This document shows positions 29,896-40,245 of a stretch of 64,000 nucleotides of DNA, piece by piece. This DNA comes from Candidatus Cloacimonadota bacterium. GTDB taxonomy: Bacteria; Cloacimonadota; Cloacimonadia; JGIOTU-2. The stretch covers positions 384,001 through 448,000 of the forward strand of contig JBNGBT010000001.1 in NCBI GenBank assembly GCA_049903315.1. Reading direction: 5' to 3'. Under the pieces are notes generated by a model that saw only the letters and a list, made by a program, of their open reading frames with translations, did no database searches and was not told where the DNA came from. Each line of letters starts with the position of its first letter. Within the stretch, counting starts at the first letter, position 1. Position numbers and translations under genes: made by a program.

Positions 29896-32069
29896 AACAC
29901 CTTAATATAATCTGATATAATTTTTTTTAATTCGCCAGAATCGAAAGATATTGTCAACTTTATTAACTCACCATCTTTTCTGATCGACAGAATCCGCCCT
30001 TTGCCGAAGCTCATATGTTCGACTCTTTGCCCTACTTTGTATATGTCGTCCTGTGTGCCCAGATCAAAGGATTTTTTTGTAGTATGCCTTTTGGGATAGT
30101 GTTCATTATTTGAATGAAAGTTTGTCATATCGAACATTTGAAAATGACTCTTATTTATATCATTAAGAAAACGTGATGGAAAAGAGGACATTGTTGAATC
30201 GTAATATCTGCGTGATTGAGCATACGATATGAACAGCTCTTTGATCGTTCGTGTCATTGCAACATAAAACAACCGCCGCTCCTCTTCAATATCACCTGTG
30301 GATTCCATGGAATTTCTATGAGGAACCAATCCGTCTTCCGCGCCTACAATGAATACATAAGGAAACTCAAGCCCTTTTGCATTATGCATTGTCATCAGAG
30401 ATACAAGATCTCTATCGGTGTCAGCATAGTCAATATCAGAAACTAGCGAGAGATTCTGCATATATTCCTGAAGCGAGGGTTCTTTATCATGAATAGTAAT
30501 AAAATTTTCTGCAAATTCATCTGTCGAGGCAACAAACTCACGAATGTTATCTGCCTTGCTCTCACCTTCGATCGAATCGTCATGTCTATAAAAATCCAGT
30601 ATTTCAGTGATATCAATAACCTGTTTTACTAGTTCATTAATTGGCTTATGCTGAGCAAGTTCAATAAAACCAGCTATCATATTTTTGAACAACTTGAATT
30701 TCTCTTTTGCTGCAGAAGATAGGGCTTCGCTTGAATCAACTTCATCAATTGCATTAAAAAGAGAGTTGTTTTTCTCAACGGCAAAATCTAAAAGGTGCGT
30801 TATTGATGTTTTGCCAATTCCTCGTTTAGGGAAATTTACTATTCTTAAAAAACTCTCATTATCCTTTGGATTTGCAATGAGTCTGAGGTAGGCAATAATG
30901 TCTTTGATCTCTTTACGTTGGAAGAAGTTTACCCCTCCTATGATCCGATAATCAATATGATCTTTGATGAACTGGGTTTCGAGAACTCGGGATTGCGCAT
31001 TGGTTCTATAAAATATCGCAATATCTTTAAGGGAAACATCGTGTGTATCATGAAGCTCACTTATTTTTTGAGATATTACTATCGCCTCATGGCGTTCATT
31101 TTGGGTGTTATATAATGAAATATCATTTCCGTCATTTTTCTCTGTCCATAGCTCCTTCTTGTGCCGTGACTGATTATGTGAGATAAGCTCATTTGCCGCA
31201 GAAAGTACTCGTTTTGGAGATCGGTAATTCTGCGTCATACGAATGATCTGCGGCTTTTTATAATCATCTTCAAAGGACAATATATTTCCAATATCAGCCC
31301 CACGCCAGCTATATATTGACTGATCGTCATCACCAACCACACAGATATTTTTGTGCTTTTTAGCAAGCAAATAAGCAAAGCGGTATTGGGCAAAATTTGT
31401 ATCCTGGTACTCGTCGATCATCACATATTTAAATCTGTCTTGATAGCGTTCCAGTACATCTTTTTGATTCATAAAGAGTTTCACTGTGTAAAGAAGCAGA
31501 TCATCAAAATCAACGCCATTATTTCTTAAGAGATATTTTTGGTAAGCTTCATAAATTTCCTGAAGATACTTTCCATAATATGAATCATCTATAGAAAATT
31601 CATTATATTCAATTAGATTGTTTTTTTGTTGTGAAATGATATTAAGTATCTTTTTTATAGGGAAGTTCGTTTCTGCGAGGTTTATTTCTTTGAGAACATT
31701 TTTCATGATACGCTGCTGATCAATATCATCGTAAATAGTATAATTCTGTGTGACAGGAAGGTGTTGGGATTCGGTTCGTAATATTCTTGCACACATCGAG
31801 TGAAATGTTCCAACCCATAGGTAGCGAATATCAATATTGAACTGATCCTGAAGCCGATTTTTCATTTCATTTGCAGCTTTATTGGTAAAGGTAACTGCCA
31901 GAATATTATGAGGATTCACTTTTTTTTCTGAAATAAGATAGGCAATACGATGTACGATACAGCGTGTTTTTCCGCTACCTGCACCGGCAAGGATAAGCAC
32001 CGGTCCTTCGGTTGCAAGAACAGCTTCCCGCTGTGTCTTGTTCAGCGTTGTAAGGATGGATGAAGACAT
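29892..32069 (-). CDS. pcrA: ATP-dependent DNA helicase PcrA/UvrD
   Basis: AGAGSGKT, DEYQDTN, VGDDDQSIY, QNYRS, YRTNAQSR, HNAKGLEF, EERRLFYVAMTR, C-terminal Tudor-like domain. Confidence 0.96.
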   Translation of the reverse strand: MSSSILTTLNKTQREAVLATEGPVLILAGAGSGKTRCIVHRIAYLISEKKVNPHNILAVTFTNKAANEMKNRLQDQFNIDIRYLWVGTFHSMCARILRTESQHLPVTQNYTIYDDIDQQRIMKNVLKEINLAETNFPIKKILNIISQQKNNLIEYNEFSIDDSYYGKYLQEIYEAYQKYLLRNNGVDFDDLLLYTVKLFMNQKDVLERYQDRFKYVMIDEYQDTNFAQYRFAYLLAKKHKNICVVGDDDQSIYSWRGADIGNILSFEDDYKKPQIIRMTQNYRSPKRVLSAANELISHNQSRHKKELWTEKNDGNDISLYNTQNERHEAIVISQKISELHDTHDVSLKDIAIFYRTNAQSRVLETQFIKDHIDYRIIGGVNFFQRKEIKDIIAYLRLIANPKDNESFLRIVNFPKRGIGKTSITHLLDFAVEKNNSLFNAIDEVDSSEALSSAAKEKFKLFKNMIAGFIELAQHKPINELVKQVIDITEILDFYRHDDSIEGESKADNIREFVASTDEFAENFITIHDKEPSLQEYMQNLSLVSDIDYADTDRDLVSLMTMHNAKGLEFPYVFIVGAEDGLVPHRNSMESTGDIEEERRLFYVAMTRTIKELFISYAQSRRYYDSTMSSFPSRFLNDINKSHFQMFDMTNFHSNNEHYPKRHTTKKSFDLGTQDDIYKVGQRVEHMSFGKGRILSIRKDGELIKLTISFDSGELKKIISDYIKVL

Positions 32070-32070
32070 A

Positions 32071-32475
32071 TTATTGAGTGATTTGAGAAAATTTCCCTTC
32101 TAATGTATCGCTCTCGAAAATATTATAAGATGTGATCTTGAACCACACATATTCGTGGCTTACGTTATCCTTTGAAAAGGTTGTGTCATAAGCGCTGATA
32201 TTCCTCCCCACTCTATCATAAGTACCAAAATAATTATCCTGAAAAGCTGCATAAATGTAATATCCATCTGCAAGACTATCTTCTTCCGTAATCGCTACAT
32301 ACCATTTAATAAGATTAGGGCTTATATTCAGAGTATCAATCTTAACAATGGGAGGGGCAAAAATATCAGGATTTCCGAGCGGATCGAGAGGATTATTTCT
32401 GCTCAGGGAACATGAAAGGATCAAGATCGCAGAAATTGCGATAAAAATAAAATAGAGTGAATGCTTTTTTATCAT
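32071..32475 (-). CDS. Hypothetical lipoprotein
   Basis: Lipobox ILSC followed by RNNPLDP. Confidence 0.7.
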   Translation of the reverse strand: MIKKHSLYFIFIAISAILILSCSLSRNNPLDPLGNPDIFAPPIVKIDTLNISPNLIKWYVAITEEDSLADGYYIYAAFQDNYFGTYDRVGRNISAYDTTFSKDNVSHEYVWFKITSYNIFESDTLEGKFSQITQ

Positions 32476-32477
32476 AA

Positions 32478-33071
32478 CTAAAAACGTATTTGTATGCCTT
32501 GAGCAGTTACAGTTACTTTGCTTTTCATAAATTCATTATATACTGTATGCCATAAATCGCGATTATAATTTTCGGTTGCCTGGATCGTATCAAGCACAGT
32601 GTAACCCCAAGTGATTATCCACAAACCTACAAGAATACCCGATGTCCGATATGAGGAATTCGCATCTATATAATATTGATTGATCTCATCGATCTGATGT
32701 GCATTTTTATATTTATCATAATAGTCTTGCGACTGATCATAAAAATAATAGGCACTCCCTGCTAATAAAACTTGCAGCCCTAAAAGGATCTCACCTTTAA
32801 GATAATTGTTTGTAGAAAAATGACCCCATCCTGGTGCGATCATTGATTTTAGACAGTTTGTGAAATGTGATTGCTTATTGTTCTCCCATTGCTTGAATAC
32901 AATCATGTTTTCTTGAAGATCGTTTCGGGATTCTTGCCATTTTGTTGCATCATCCCAACCATATTTAATATTTACTTGTAGGATCGCATCCTTATCAAAG
33001 TCGACTGATTCATCAGCCAAAAGTGGAAATGACAGGAGAGAAAATATGATGATCAGAAAAATTTTCTTCAT
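32478..33071 (-). CDS. Hypothetical membrane protein (DUF5683-like)
   Basis: Signal peptide, SMIAPGWGH motif, two hydrophobic helices, C-terminal IQIRF. Confidence 0.6.
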   Translation of the reverse strand: MKKIFLIIIFSLLSFPLLADESVDFDKDAILQVNIKYGWDDATKWQESRNDLQENMIVFKQWENNKQSHFTNCLKSMIAPGWGHFSTNNYLKGEILLGLQVLLAGSAYYFYDQSQDYYDKYKNAHQIDEINQYYIDANSSYRTSGILVGLWIITWGYTVLDTIQATENYNRDLWHTVYNEFMKSKVTVTAQGIQIRF

Positions 33072-34480
33072 GATGGTAGTAATTCTTCAGTAATTTCATT
33101 GAGAGGAACAACTTCCCCGGTTTCCAAACGGATGAGCCAGCGCAGGAAATAGTTTTTATCAGGTATCACAATAGTATATCGAACCTCGTAACTATTTCTT
33201 GTAACTGTTCTAAAAACCTGCCATGGTGTGACGCGAATATCCTGTCTCGAAAAATTTTTCTGAGCCGAGGTTTCAATGTCATTAATTGTGCTGGGAATAA
33301 TTCCATCCTTGTACTGCTTTACTATTTCAATAGCATATTGTTCGGGATCATTTGAAATTCTTGTCCAGATATATGCTTTATTAATCTTTTCATAAATTTG
33401 TGGGATGCTGTCGAATTTATATGCTTCCGAATAAGAATCGTAAGCTTCGGCATATTCTGCATTATTAAATTGTGCGTCTCCTTCCTCAACGAGCTGTGCG
33501 GCTTGTGCTATCCTACGAGCATACTCTTCAGCGCGGTCAATTTTATCATATGCAACCTGATATTCTTCGATTATGTCCAAAGTTTTACGGTATGAAGTGA
33601 TTGCGTTATCAATATCTCTTTCCATAAGAAACTCATCCCCTCGAGCAATATAGATTGATGCTAACTCAGTAAGTTTATTATTTACGTTATCTGAGAGTTG
33701 AGGATTATACTCTTCTGCATTGAGTAGATATAATTGAACATTATCCAGTTCTCTATCCTGAAGCAATGACACTGCCCATGTATAATATACGTTTCCGATC
33801 AGATTCTTTATTTCTTTGGCGAAATCTGCAGGATAATCTAGGTAGAGAAATAGTTTATCCAGAGCGTCTGCATACAATTTGTCATCCCATTGAGTCTGTG
33901 CTTCGTCAATCAGTGTTGGCATAAATGAATTAACGAGCACTGTTGCACGAGCAAAGGCGGCAGAGGTCTGAAATCTATTTTGTAATATCTGGTATGTCAC
34001 ATAGGCAGCATGAATATCTTTCGAATAATTCGTTTGTATAAGGATTTCATTATAAAGCACTTCTGGCATTTTTTCCGATTGAGGAAGGTGAAAAATAATA
34101 AAGGAGAGATAATCAGATGCTTTGAGATAATCCAGCTCATCAAGAGCAATCTGTGCAATTTCGAAATAACAATTATCCAGTAAGGAATCAGCTTTATTAG
34201 AATTTGCGAGGAAAAAATATTCTGATGCTTCGGGATATTTCTTCATTTCATATTCATGTAGCCCTAGCTGGTAATATGCTTGCGAGCGAAGTTCTTTTGC
34301 TTTTTCTTTATATGCAGGATGCTTTGAGGTCTCAATATATTCATCAAATTCCTGAACGGCTTGTGAATATTTTCCTTCCTTGAGTGTTTTTACTGATTTT
34401 TTATAAGGAAGATTTGTACAGGAGAGTAGAAAAATTCCGACCAAAATTAGGATAAGGAGATTTTTATTTCGCACTATCAT
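33068..34480 (-). CDS. TPR-repeat lipoprotein
   Basis: Lipobox LLSC; repeated TPR-like helices (AYYQLG, GNVYY, ARGD, EEGD). Confidence 0.75.
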   Translation of the reverse strand: MIVRNKNLLILILVGIFLLSCTNLPYKKSVKTLKEGKYSQAVQEFDEYIETSKHPAYKEKAKELRSQAYYQLGLHEYEMKKYPEASEYFFLANSNKADSLLDNCYFEIAQIALDELDYLKASDYLSFIIFHLPQSEKMPEVLYNEILIQTNYSKDIHAAYVTYQILQNRFQTSAAFARATVLVNSFMPTLIDEAQTQWDDKLYADALDKLFLYLDYPADFAKEIKNLIGNVYYTWAVSLLQDRELDNVQLYLLNAEEYNPQLSDNVNNKLTELASIYIARGDEFLMERDIDNAITSYRKTLDIIEEYQVAYDKIDRAEEYARRIAQAAQLVEEGDAQFNNAEYAEAYDSYSEAYKFDSIPQIYEKINKAYIWTRISNDPEQYAIEIVKQYKDGIIPSTINDIETSAQKNFSRQDIRVTPWQVFRTVTRNSYEVRYTIVIPDKNYFLRWLIRLETGEVVPLNEITEELLPS

Positions 34481-35519
34481 GAGAAGGTCTCGTTCGTAAT
34501 TGATTTCGGGATATCAATATAGGTATCTGATCTAATTTTCCTCCGAAAAAGAGAAAAACAAGTGCAAACAAAACTGTCGTTATCATAATTGCCCACTGGC
34601 TGGAAGTTTCGTATACAATAACTGTGATGAGCACCATTAATATATTTATCAAATAAACCATGACTGCTGTGATGCGTACGGATCCGGTTGCAGTACCAAT
34701 TCTATGTGTTGAATGATCCTTTCCACCCTGAAGTACCCGCCGTCCATCCCTTTTGCGCGTGATACTGACCAATGAGATATCAAAAATTGCATATGAAAGC
34801 AGGAGAACAGGAAGAAATAAAGAGAAGTTTTTGGGCAATTCGGTAAGTAGTACAATACCGAGAACAGACAGCGTATATCCAATAAGCATGCTTCCTGCAT
34901 CACCAAGAAATATCTTTGCAGGATGGAAATTATGCAGAAGGAATCCAAAAGTGGCACCAATAAAAATTACAGAGATAAGAGAAATAAAATGATTGCCTGT
35001 AAGTATACCTAGAGCAAAAAATCCCAAGCCGAGTATTGACGCTAATCCCGCCGTAATTCCATCCATATTATCGAGGAAATTCAGGGCATTCATCAGACCG
35101 ACCATCCAGATAACAAGAATCGGCACAGTGATAAACCATGGACCGATAAGGTCGGAGTAGCCACTTCCAATTATCAGGATCATTGCTATGAGAAATTGTA
35201 CGGAAAATTTCACATAAGGTGTCATTCCCTGATGGTCATCCAGCAGACCAAGTGAACACACAAGCAAGAGTCCAATAAAGAAAAAGAGAAAACTTTTAAC
35301 TGGTGGTATCAAGTTGATACAAATAAAAAATGAAAGGAAAAAAGAGAAGATCATTCCGAGCAATATTGCAAGCCCACCCATAAGAGGCGTGGGAGTTTTA
35401 TGAAATTTTCTCTCTTCCGGCTTATCTATAAAATTGAGCTCGACTGCAACCTTTTTGACGAGAAAGGTCAGCAAAAAAACAGACACGAAGGAGATTGCAA
35501 ATATTATAAAATGATTCAT
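34464..35519 (-). CDS. wecA: Undecaprenyl-phosphate GlcNAc-1-phosphate transferase (WecA/TagO family)
   Basis: FIDKP..RKFH, PLMGG, GLLDD, NALNFLDNMDG, IFLGDAGS, DH.THR. Confidence 0.85.
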   Translation of the reverse strand: MNHFIIFAISFVSVFLLTFLVKKVAVELNFIDKPEERKFHKTPTPLMGGLAILLGMIFSFFLSFFICINLIPPVKSFLFFFIGLLLVCSLGLLDDHQGMTPYVKFSVQFLIAMILIIGSGYSDLIGPWFITVPILVIWMVGLMNALNFLDNMDGITAGLASILGLGFFALGILTGNHFISLISVIFIGATFGFLLHNFHPAKIFLGDAGSMLIGYTLSVLGIVLLTELPKNFSLFLPVLLLSYAIFDISLVSITRKRDGRRVLQGGKDHSTHRIGTATGSVRITAVMVYLINILMVLITVIVYETSSQWAIMITTVLFALVFLFFGGKLDQIPILISRNQLRTRPSHDSAK

Positions 35520-35647
35520 TATATCTTTTCAAAATTTATTGTTTTGATTTACCGAACCCACCCAATTTTATGTCAATTATTTTGAATCTATGAAGCCTTA
35601 AAAAATTGACGGAAAAGTACTCTTTTTGATTTTATGCATAACTAATT

Positions 35648-36337
35648 ATGAAAATGAAAAAGATAATTGTAGCAATTGATGGTCCTGCTAGTTCAGGGAA
35701 AAGTACTACAGCAAAGCAGCTCGCAAAAAAGTTGCATTGTATTTATGTGGATTCTGGAGCAATGTATCGTGCAGTAGCACTTTTTTTGTTGCAGAATAAA
35801 ATAGATTTTAATGATAAAAAATTTCTGAGAAAAGCCCTGTCAGAAATAAATATCAAAGTAGTACCTTCGAGTGATAGGACTGAAAACACAATCATTCTTA
35901 ATGGCGAGGATGTTTCCAAAAAGATACGAGAACCGGAAATAACAAATTATTCATCTACTATTGCAACAGAGGGTCTTATTAGAAAACGGATGGTGGAATT
36001 GCAAAGAAAGATGGCGGAAACACAGTCTATTGTCATGGATGGACGAGATATTGGAACAGTTGTATTTCCACATGCAGATTTTAAATTTTTTCTTATTGCT
36101 TCAATTGATGAACGTGCAAAACGTCGTTGGACAGAAAATCAAATGAAAGGGCTTGGCACGAAAACGCTTGAAGAGATAAAAGAGGAACTTGCATTTCGCG
36201 ATAAAACAGACAGCACAAGAAAAATTGCTCCTCTGAAAAAAGCTGAGGATGCGATCGAGATAGACACAACCAACCTGAGTATTAAAAAGCAGGTCGATAA
36301 ACTTTATAGTATTATTAAAGATGAGATTCTTTTATAG
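35648..36337 (+). CDS. cmk: Cytidylate kinase
   Basis: AIDGPASSGKST, DSGAMYR, DGRDIGTVVFP, RDKTD. Confidence 0.97.
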   Translation: MKMKKIIVAIDGPASSGKSTTAKQLAKKLHCIYVDSGAMYRAVALFLLQNKIDFNDKKFLRKALSEINIKVVPSSDRTENTIILNGEDVSKKIREPEITNYSSTIATEGLIRKRMVELQRKMAETQSIVMDGRDIGTVVFPHADFKFFLIASIDERAKRRWTENQMKGLGTKTLEEIKEELAFRDKTDSTRKIAPLKKAEDAIEIDTTNLSIKKQVDKLYSIIKDEILL

Positions 36338-36914
36338 AGCGACCATTACATTTGTCAAAACACTCATGCACTTTCTCTGGAATCTGAAGATAACAGGTAT
36401 GAAAGAGATTAATTTCAGAAAAGGAAGCATTATCTGTGCGAATCATCAGAGCGCTTTAGATCCTGCTTTTCTTGGATCGATCCTTCCATTTGAATGCTAT
36501 TTCATGGCAAAAGCAGAGCTTTTTAAAAATAAATCATTCGGTGCATTGATCGGTTACTTCCATGCACTCCCTGTTCGCCGTGCCGGTTTCACACGTGGCA
36601 CTATTCAGAAATTTATTACACTTCTGGAGGAAAAGAATAATATTATGATCTTTCCTGAAGGAAGCAGGAAGTCATTCACAGCAAAACCCGGTATTGCAAA
36701 ACTTGCATGGGAAACTAACGCTCCCATATATCCTGTACAAATTCAAAATGCTAACGATCTTTGGGCTTGTTTTTTCAGAAAAAAGCATCTTCATTTTATA
36801 TTTAAGAAACCTCTTTTCGCTAAGGAATATAAATCCCTGGTGAAAGAAGGTGAATATAGGCAGCTTGCTACTATTATTTTAAACAGGATAAACAGCATAA
36901 CAAATGAAGATTGA
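36321..36914 (+). CDS. plsC: 1-acyl-sn-glycerol-3-phosphate acyltransferase
   Basis: NHQSALD, AKAELF, FPEGSR. Confidence 0.88.
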   Translation: MRFFYRATITFVKTLMHFLWNLKITGMKEINFRKGSIICANHQSALDPAFLGSILPFECYFMAKAELFKNKSFGALIGYFHALPVRRAGFTRGTIQKFITLLEEKNNIMIFPEGSRKSFTAKPGIAKLAWETNAPIYPVQIQNANDLWACFFRKKHLHFIFKKPLFAKEYKSLVKEGEYRQLATIILNRINSITNED

Positions 36915-37746
36915 AACTGCAAGACATTCAGGATTTTGTTTTGGTGTAAAACGAGCGATTCAAATTGCTACTGAAACAGCTCAAAATCATAAAAAAACTG
37001 TCACTCTCGGTCCTATAATACATAATCCGCAAATGGTAGAATTATTAAGAAAAAAAGGTCTTCAATCTGTAGATAAAATAAATGAAATATCTGAAGAAAC
37101 AATAATCATTCGTTCTCATGGCATAACTGCCGATAATTATAAAACGCTTCTCGAACAAGGTAAGAACATTGTTGATGCCACATGCCCATTCGTAAAAAAA
37201 GCTCAGGAATATGCTCAGAAATTAACGAGATATGGGTATCAGTTATATATACTCGGAGAAAAAAATCATCCTGAAGTCGAAGCATTGCTAAGCTATATCG
37301 AGGATTCGGCAGTTGTGGTGACAAATCCTGATATAGAATTTCCAAAACCCACAAAGGAGAAGGTCGCTCTCATCGCACAAACCACACAAAGCGAAGAGAA
37401 GTTTGAGCGTCTCGCAAAGAAACTCATTAAGCTTTGCGGAGAGTTGCATGTGGTAAAAACAATATGCAATGCAACTATCCTTCGGCAGGATTCAACAAGA
37501 AATTTAGCACAAAAAGTTGACATCATGATCGTCATTGGCGGAAAGAATAGCGCAAATACGACAAGGCTTGCAGAGATAGCACGTGCAGAAGGTTGCAGGA
37601 CGTTTCATATCGAAACAGGCGATGAGTTGAAAGACATGTGGTTCGAGAATGTTGACAATGTTGGGATCACTGCAGGTGCTTCGACACCTAATTGGATAAT
37701 AAATAGTGTGAAAGAAAAAATAAAAAAAATCAATGAAACGAAATAA
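36904..37746 (+). CDS. ispH: 4-hydroxy-3-methylbut-2-enyl diphosphate reductase
   Basis: GFCFGV, IIHN, DATCPFV, TICNAT, SANT, AGASTP. Confidence 0.97.
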   Translation: MKIETARHSGFCFGVKRAIQIATETAQNHKKTVTLGPIIHNPQMVELLRKKGLQSVDKINEISEETIIIRSHGITADNYKTLLEQGKNIVDATCPFVKKAQEYAQKLTRYGYQLYILGEKNHPEVEALLSYIEDSAVVVTNPDIEFPKPTKEKVALIAQTTQSEEKFERLAKKLIKLCGELHVVKTICNATILRQDSTRNLAQKVDIMIVIGGKNSANTTRLAEIARAEGCRTFHIETGDELKDMWFENVDNVGITAGASTPNWIINSVKEKIKKINETK

Positions 37747-37750
37747 GAGG

Positions 37751-37798
37751 GTCTATTTGTTGCGAACTTACAAAGTAGGCTTCCTCATCGTGGAGGAA
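37751..37798 (+). promoter_or_regulatory. Structured rpsA 5' leader (two hairpins, the second occluding the SD)
   Basis: GTCTATTTGT/ACAAAGTAGGC stem (37751-37780) and TTCCTC/GAGGAA stem (37781-37798). Confidence 0.5.
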
Positions 37799-37800
37799 AA

Positions 37801-40191
37801 ATGGCTGATAACGTACAAGCTAAAACTAAGGAAGAAGAAATTTCTAAGGTAGAAGAAAAAGAAGAAAACGAAACTAAAGAAGTTAATGAAACAATCGAGA
37901 AAGAAGAAATCAAAGAAGAGGTAAAAGAAGAGAAGACTGAGGAGAAAAAGGAAGAAGAAATTACTGAGGAACTACCCAAAAAGGTTGTGGAACCAATTAA
38001 AGATGAAATCCCGGTTGAGCTTCCTAAAGAAGAAGTTGTTGATCAAGAACCTGAAAAAATAGAGGAACCTACTGAAGCATCAGAATTGGAAGAAGCTCCA
38101 AAGGATGAAAAAACTGAGGATGTACCGGAAGTTGTTGTTGAAGATAAAGTGAGCGAAGAAGTTCAGGACGTCGCTGAAGAAAAATCAGAAGAGGTAAAAG
38201 AACAAGCAAAGCCGGAAGTTCCCGAACCGAAAGTTAAGAAAGAAGATAAAGTAGAGAAGGTTGAAAAAGAAGAGAAAAAAGAGAAGAAAACCCGCAAGAA
38301 AAAAGAAGAAAAAATCGAGGATATGACCTCTCTTGAAAATCAAATCAAAATGTATGAAGAGACAATGGAAACTGTACGTTCAGGAAATATTGTCGAAGGT
38401 AATATTATTCGAGTTGATCAAACTGAAGTATTAGTTGATATTGGTTTCAAGGCAGAGGGCGTCGTACCAATTAGTGAATTTGATGAAAATGAGGAGATCA
38501 ATGTAGGAGATAAAGTTTTTGTGTTTATCGTCAATCGTGAAGGCAGAAATGGGAGACCATTCCTATCAAAAAAGAGAGCCGATATTCAAAAAACATGGAA
38601 AGAGCTCGAAGAAAAATCAAAAGTTGATGAAGTCGTGACTGGCCATGTTGTCAAAAGGGTAAAAGGTGGACTCATAGTTGATGTCAAAGGCATAAACACA
38701 TTTCTTCCCGCCTCCCAGGTCTCTACAAAAACTTTGCCTAATCTTGATCATTTTGTTGGAAAAGAGCTGGATTTCAGGATCATCAATTTTAACCGTGAAA
38801 AAGAAAATATCGTAATCTCCAGAAAAATCGTGATCGAAGAAGAAGTCGAAAAGAAAAAAGAAGATCTTATGGAGAAGCTTCATATGGATGCAGAAATCGA
38901 CGGTATTGTGAAAAATATCATGGAGTATGGTGTTTTTGTTGATCTTGGTGGAATTGATGGTTTGCTTCACATTTCAGACATGTCCTGGGGTCATATAACA
39001 CATCCCTCCGAGATGCTGAATATTGGAGATAAAATAAAAGTTAAAGTCCTTGATTTTAATAAGGATAATGAAAAAGTTTCTTTGGGTCTGAAACAACTTG
39101 TTCCTCACCCTTGGAAAAATATCGAAATAAAATATCCCGAAGGTTCGAAGGTGGAAGGAAAAGTGACGAACATCACAAATTATGGAGCCTTTGTGGAGCT
39201 TGAAAAAGGTGTCGAGGGCTTGATCCATGTGTCCGAAATGTCTTGGACAAAGCAGATTACTCATCCAAAGCAGATGCTGAAAGTCACTGATGCGGTCAAT
39301 GCGATCGTGCTCAATGTTGATAAAGAAGAGCATCGTATTTCTCTTGGATTAAAACAAATAGAGCCCAATCCCTGGCTGACTATCGGAGTCACGCACCCAA
39401 TAGGATCAACTGTGACCGGCAAGATCAAAAATATCACAAATTTCGGTGCTTTTATGGAAGTCGAAAAAGATATTGATGGTCTTATCCACATCTCTGATCT
39501 TTCATGGACAAGGCGCATTATGCATCCTAGTGAAATGTTGAAAAAAGGACAGGAAGTAACCGCAGTTGTGCTTTCTATTGATAGAGTCATGCAAAGGATA
39601 GCCCTTGGATTGAAACAACTTCAGGATGATCCATGGGAGAAGATAGAGGAACGTTTCCCGATAAATTCTGAACATGAGATCGAGGTGATCAAAATAATTC
39701 CCAAAGGCGCACTTGTGCTTGCGGATAAGGACTCCGAAATTGAAGGATTCATTCCAACTTCTCATCTTGGTATTCCCGGATTGGAAGAACCTGAACTAGC
39801 TTTTGATAAAAATGAAATGATCCCGGTTAAAGTGATCGAAGCTGATAAAGAGAACAGAAGATTGATCTTTAGCGTCAAAACATATTTCTTTGGTAGAGAT
39901 GAAGAAGAAGTGAATGCTTTTGTACAAGATCATCTGGAAAAGATCAAAGAGAATAGACGCAAAAAAGAGGAAAAAATAGCTGAGATTAAGAAAGCAGCAA
40001 AAGAAAAAGCTAAAGAAGTAGATAATGAAGCAGCAAAAGTAGCAGCTGAAGAAAAAACTAAAGAAAAAATTATAGATGAAGCTAAAAAACCAGAAAAACC
40101 AGAAAAAGAAGTAGATGATGAAGTTGCTGAAGAAGTTGCCAAAGAAGCAGATAAAGAAGAAGCTAAAGAAGAGGAACTTTCAGTAGAATAG
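37801..40191 (+). CDS. rpsA: 30S ribosomal protein S1 with long acidic N- and C-terminal extensions
   Basis: Six S1 repeats (e.g. YGVFVDLGGIDGLLHISD, YGAFVELEKGVEGLIHVSE); cmk-ispH context. Confidence 0.96.
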   Translation: MADNVQAKTKEEEISKVEEKEENETKEVNETIEKEEIKEEVKEEKTEEKKEEEITEELPKKVVEPIKDEIPVELPKEEVVDQEPEKIEEPTEASELEEAPKDEKTEDVPEVVVEDKVSEEVQDVAEEKSEEVKEQAKPEVPEPKVKKEDKVEKVEKEEKKEKKTRKKKEEKIEDMTSLENQIKMYEETMETVRSGNIVEGNIIRVDQTEVLVDIGFKAEGVVPISEFDENEEINVGDKVFVFIVNREGRNGRPFLSKKRADIQKTWKELEEKSKVDEVVTGHVVKRVKGGLIVDVKGINTFLPASQVSTKTLPNLDHFVGKELDFRIINFNREKENIVISRKIVIEEEVEKKKEDLMEKLHMDAEIDGIVKNIMEYGVFVDLGGIDGLLHISDMSWGHITHPSEMLNIGDKIKVKVLDFNKDNEKVSLGLKQLVPHPWKNIEIKYPEGSKVEGKVTNITNYGAFVELEKGVEGLIHVSEMSWTKQITHPKQMLKVTDAVNAIVLNVDKEEHRISLGLKQIEPNPWLTIGVTHPIGSTVTGKIKNITNFGAFMEVEKDIDGLIHISDLSWTRRIMHPSEMLKKGQEVTAVVLSIDRVMQRIALGLKQLQDDPWEKIEERFPINSEHEIEVIKIIPKGALVLADKDSEIEGFIPTSHLGIPGLEEPELAFDKNEMIPVKVIEADKENRRLIFSVKTYFFGRDEEEVNAFVQDHLEKIKENRRKKEEKIAEIKKAAKEKAKEVDNEAAKVAAEEKTKEKIIDEAKKPEKPEKEVDDEVAEEVAKEADKEEAKEEELSVE

Positions 40192-40214
40192 TATTGAATT
40201 GGTAAAAATATAGT

Positions 40215-40245
40215 GGGAAGAACTTTCAGGTTCTTCCCTATTTTT
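40215..40245 (+). terminator. Intrinsic terminator after rpsA
   Basis: GGGAAGAAC/GTTCTTCCC stem followed by TATTTTT. Confidence 0.8.

Noticed and set aside
37801..38330. GAAGAA-rich repeats resembling a tandem repeat or CRISPR-like array
   Set aside because: No constant repeat-spacer periodicity; explained by Glu/Lys codons in the rpsA tail
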